64,000 nt of DNA from assembly GCF_006345805.1 (NCBI RefSeq), contig NC_043003.1:103788001-103852000 (forward strand). Reading direction: 5' to 3'. Within the stretch, counting starts at the first letter, position 1. Each line of letters opens with the position of its first letter. This DNA is from Octopus sinensis (lineage: Eukaryota). Below, piece by piece: positions 63,541-64,000 of this stretch. A program made the position numbers and the translations under genes. Below the pieces are notes generated by a model. It did not search any database. It was not told the origin of the DNA and saw only the letters and a list, made by a program, of their open reading frames with translations.

Positions 63541-64000
63541 GCATATTTATGGGTGTCTTTGTGCTGGAAGAAGATGTTCATATAGAGAGCCTGTTACTAG
63601 AACAAATTTGATAAGGCCTCTATTTTTGTATTTAGGTACGTGGTCGATGCCAGCGCCACCTTGACTGGCTTCCATGCCAGTGCATGTAAAAAGCACCAAC
63701 CGATCGTGGACATTGCCAGCCTCCCCTGGCACGTAAAAAGCACCCACTACACTCATGGAGTGGTTGGCGTTAGGAAGGGCATCCAGCTGTAGAAACACTG
63801 TCGGATCAGACTGGAGCCTGGTACAGCCTCCTGGTTCCCAGACCCCAGTCGAACCGTCCAACCCATGCTAGCATGGAAAGCAGACGTTAAGCAATGATGA
63901 TGTAAGGATCACCATTCCTTCCAGTTACTCCTTTCCATGTCAGATCGTTGGTATTAATATGTGCATTCAAGTCTCCCATTAGGTTATATGGCTCTATCTG

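Overview
AT-rich, repeat-dense animal genomic DNA. The SINE/LINE families and microsatellite style suggest a coleoid cephalopod, probably Octopus (inference from recalled repeat families). Three genes are supported. (1) A minus-strand gene that I assembled by hand from 9 phase-compatible exons (CDS 37031 to 2811, about 432 aa): N-terminal BED zinc finger, acidic/Ser-rich linker, coiled coil and a probable C-terminal transmembrane helix. (2) The probable 37-nt first coding exon of LIN7 (+, 38956-38992), head-to-head with the BED gene; I found no exon 2 in the window. (3) An intact torsin AAA+ ATPase ORF with no intron in its CDS (+, 54018-54953), probably inside LIN7 intron 1. The rest is Penelope-like element (PLE) fragments, RTE and R4/Dong-like LINE fragments, several tRNA-derived SINEs, mariner/hAT/piggyBac/Mutator-like DNA elements and microsatellites. 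The most striking non-genic signal is a set of type I hammerhead ribozyme folds in short (TA)n-associated PLE-type elements. Three carry a compensatory U3-A8 core variant, two loci are inverted twins, and several are sense to the BED gene pre-mRNA. There are also several near-perfect fold-back palindromes. Everything was read by eye without database searches; repeat boundaries are approximate.
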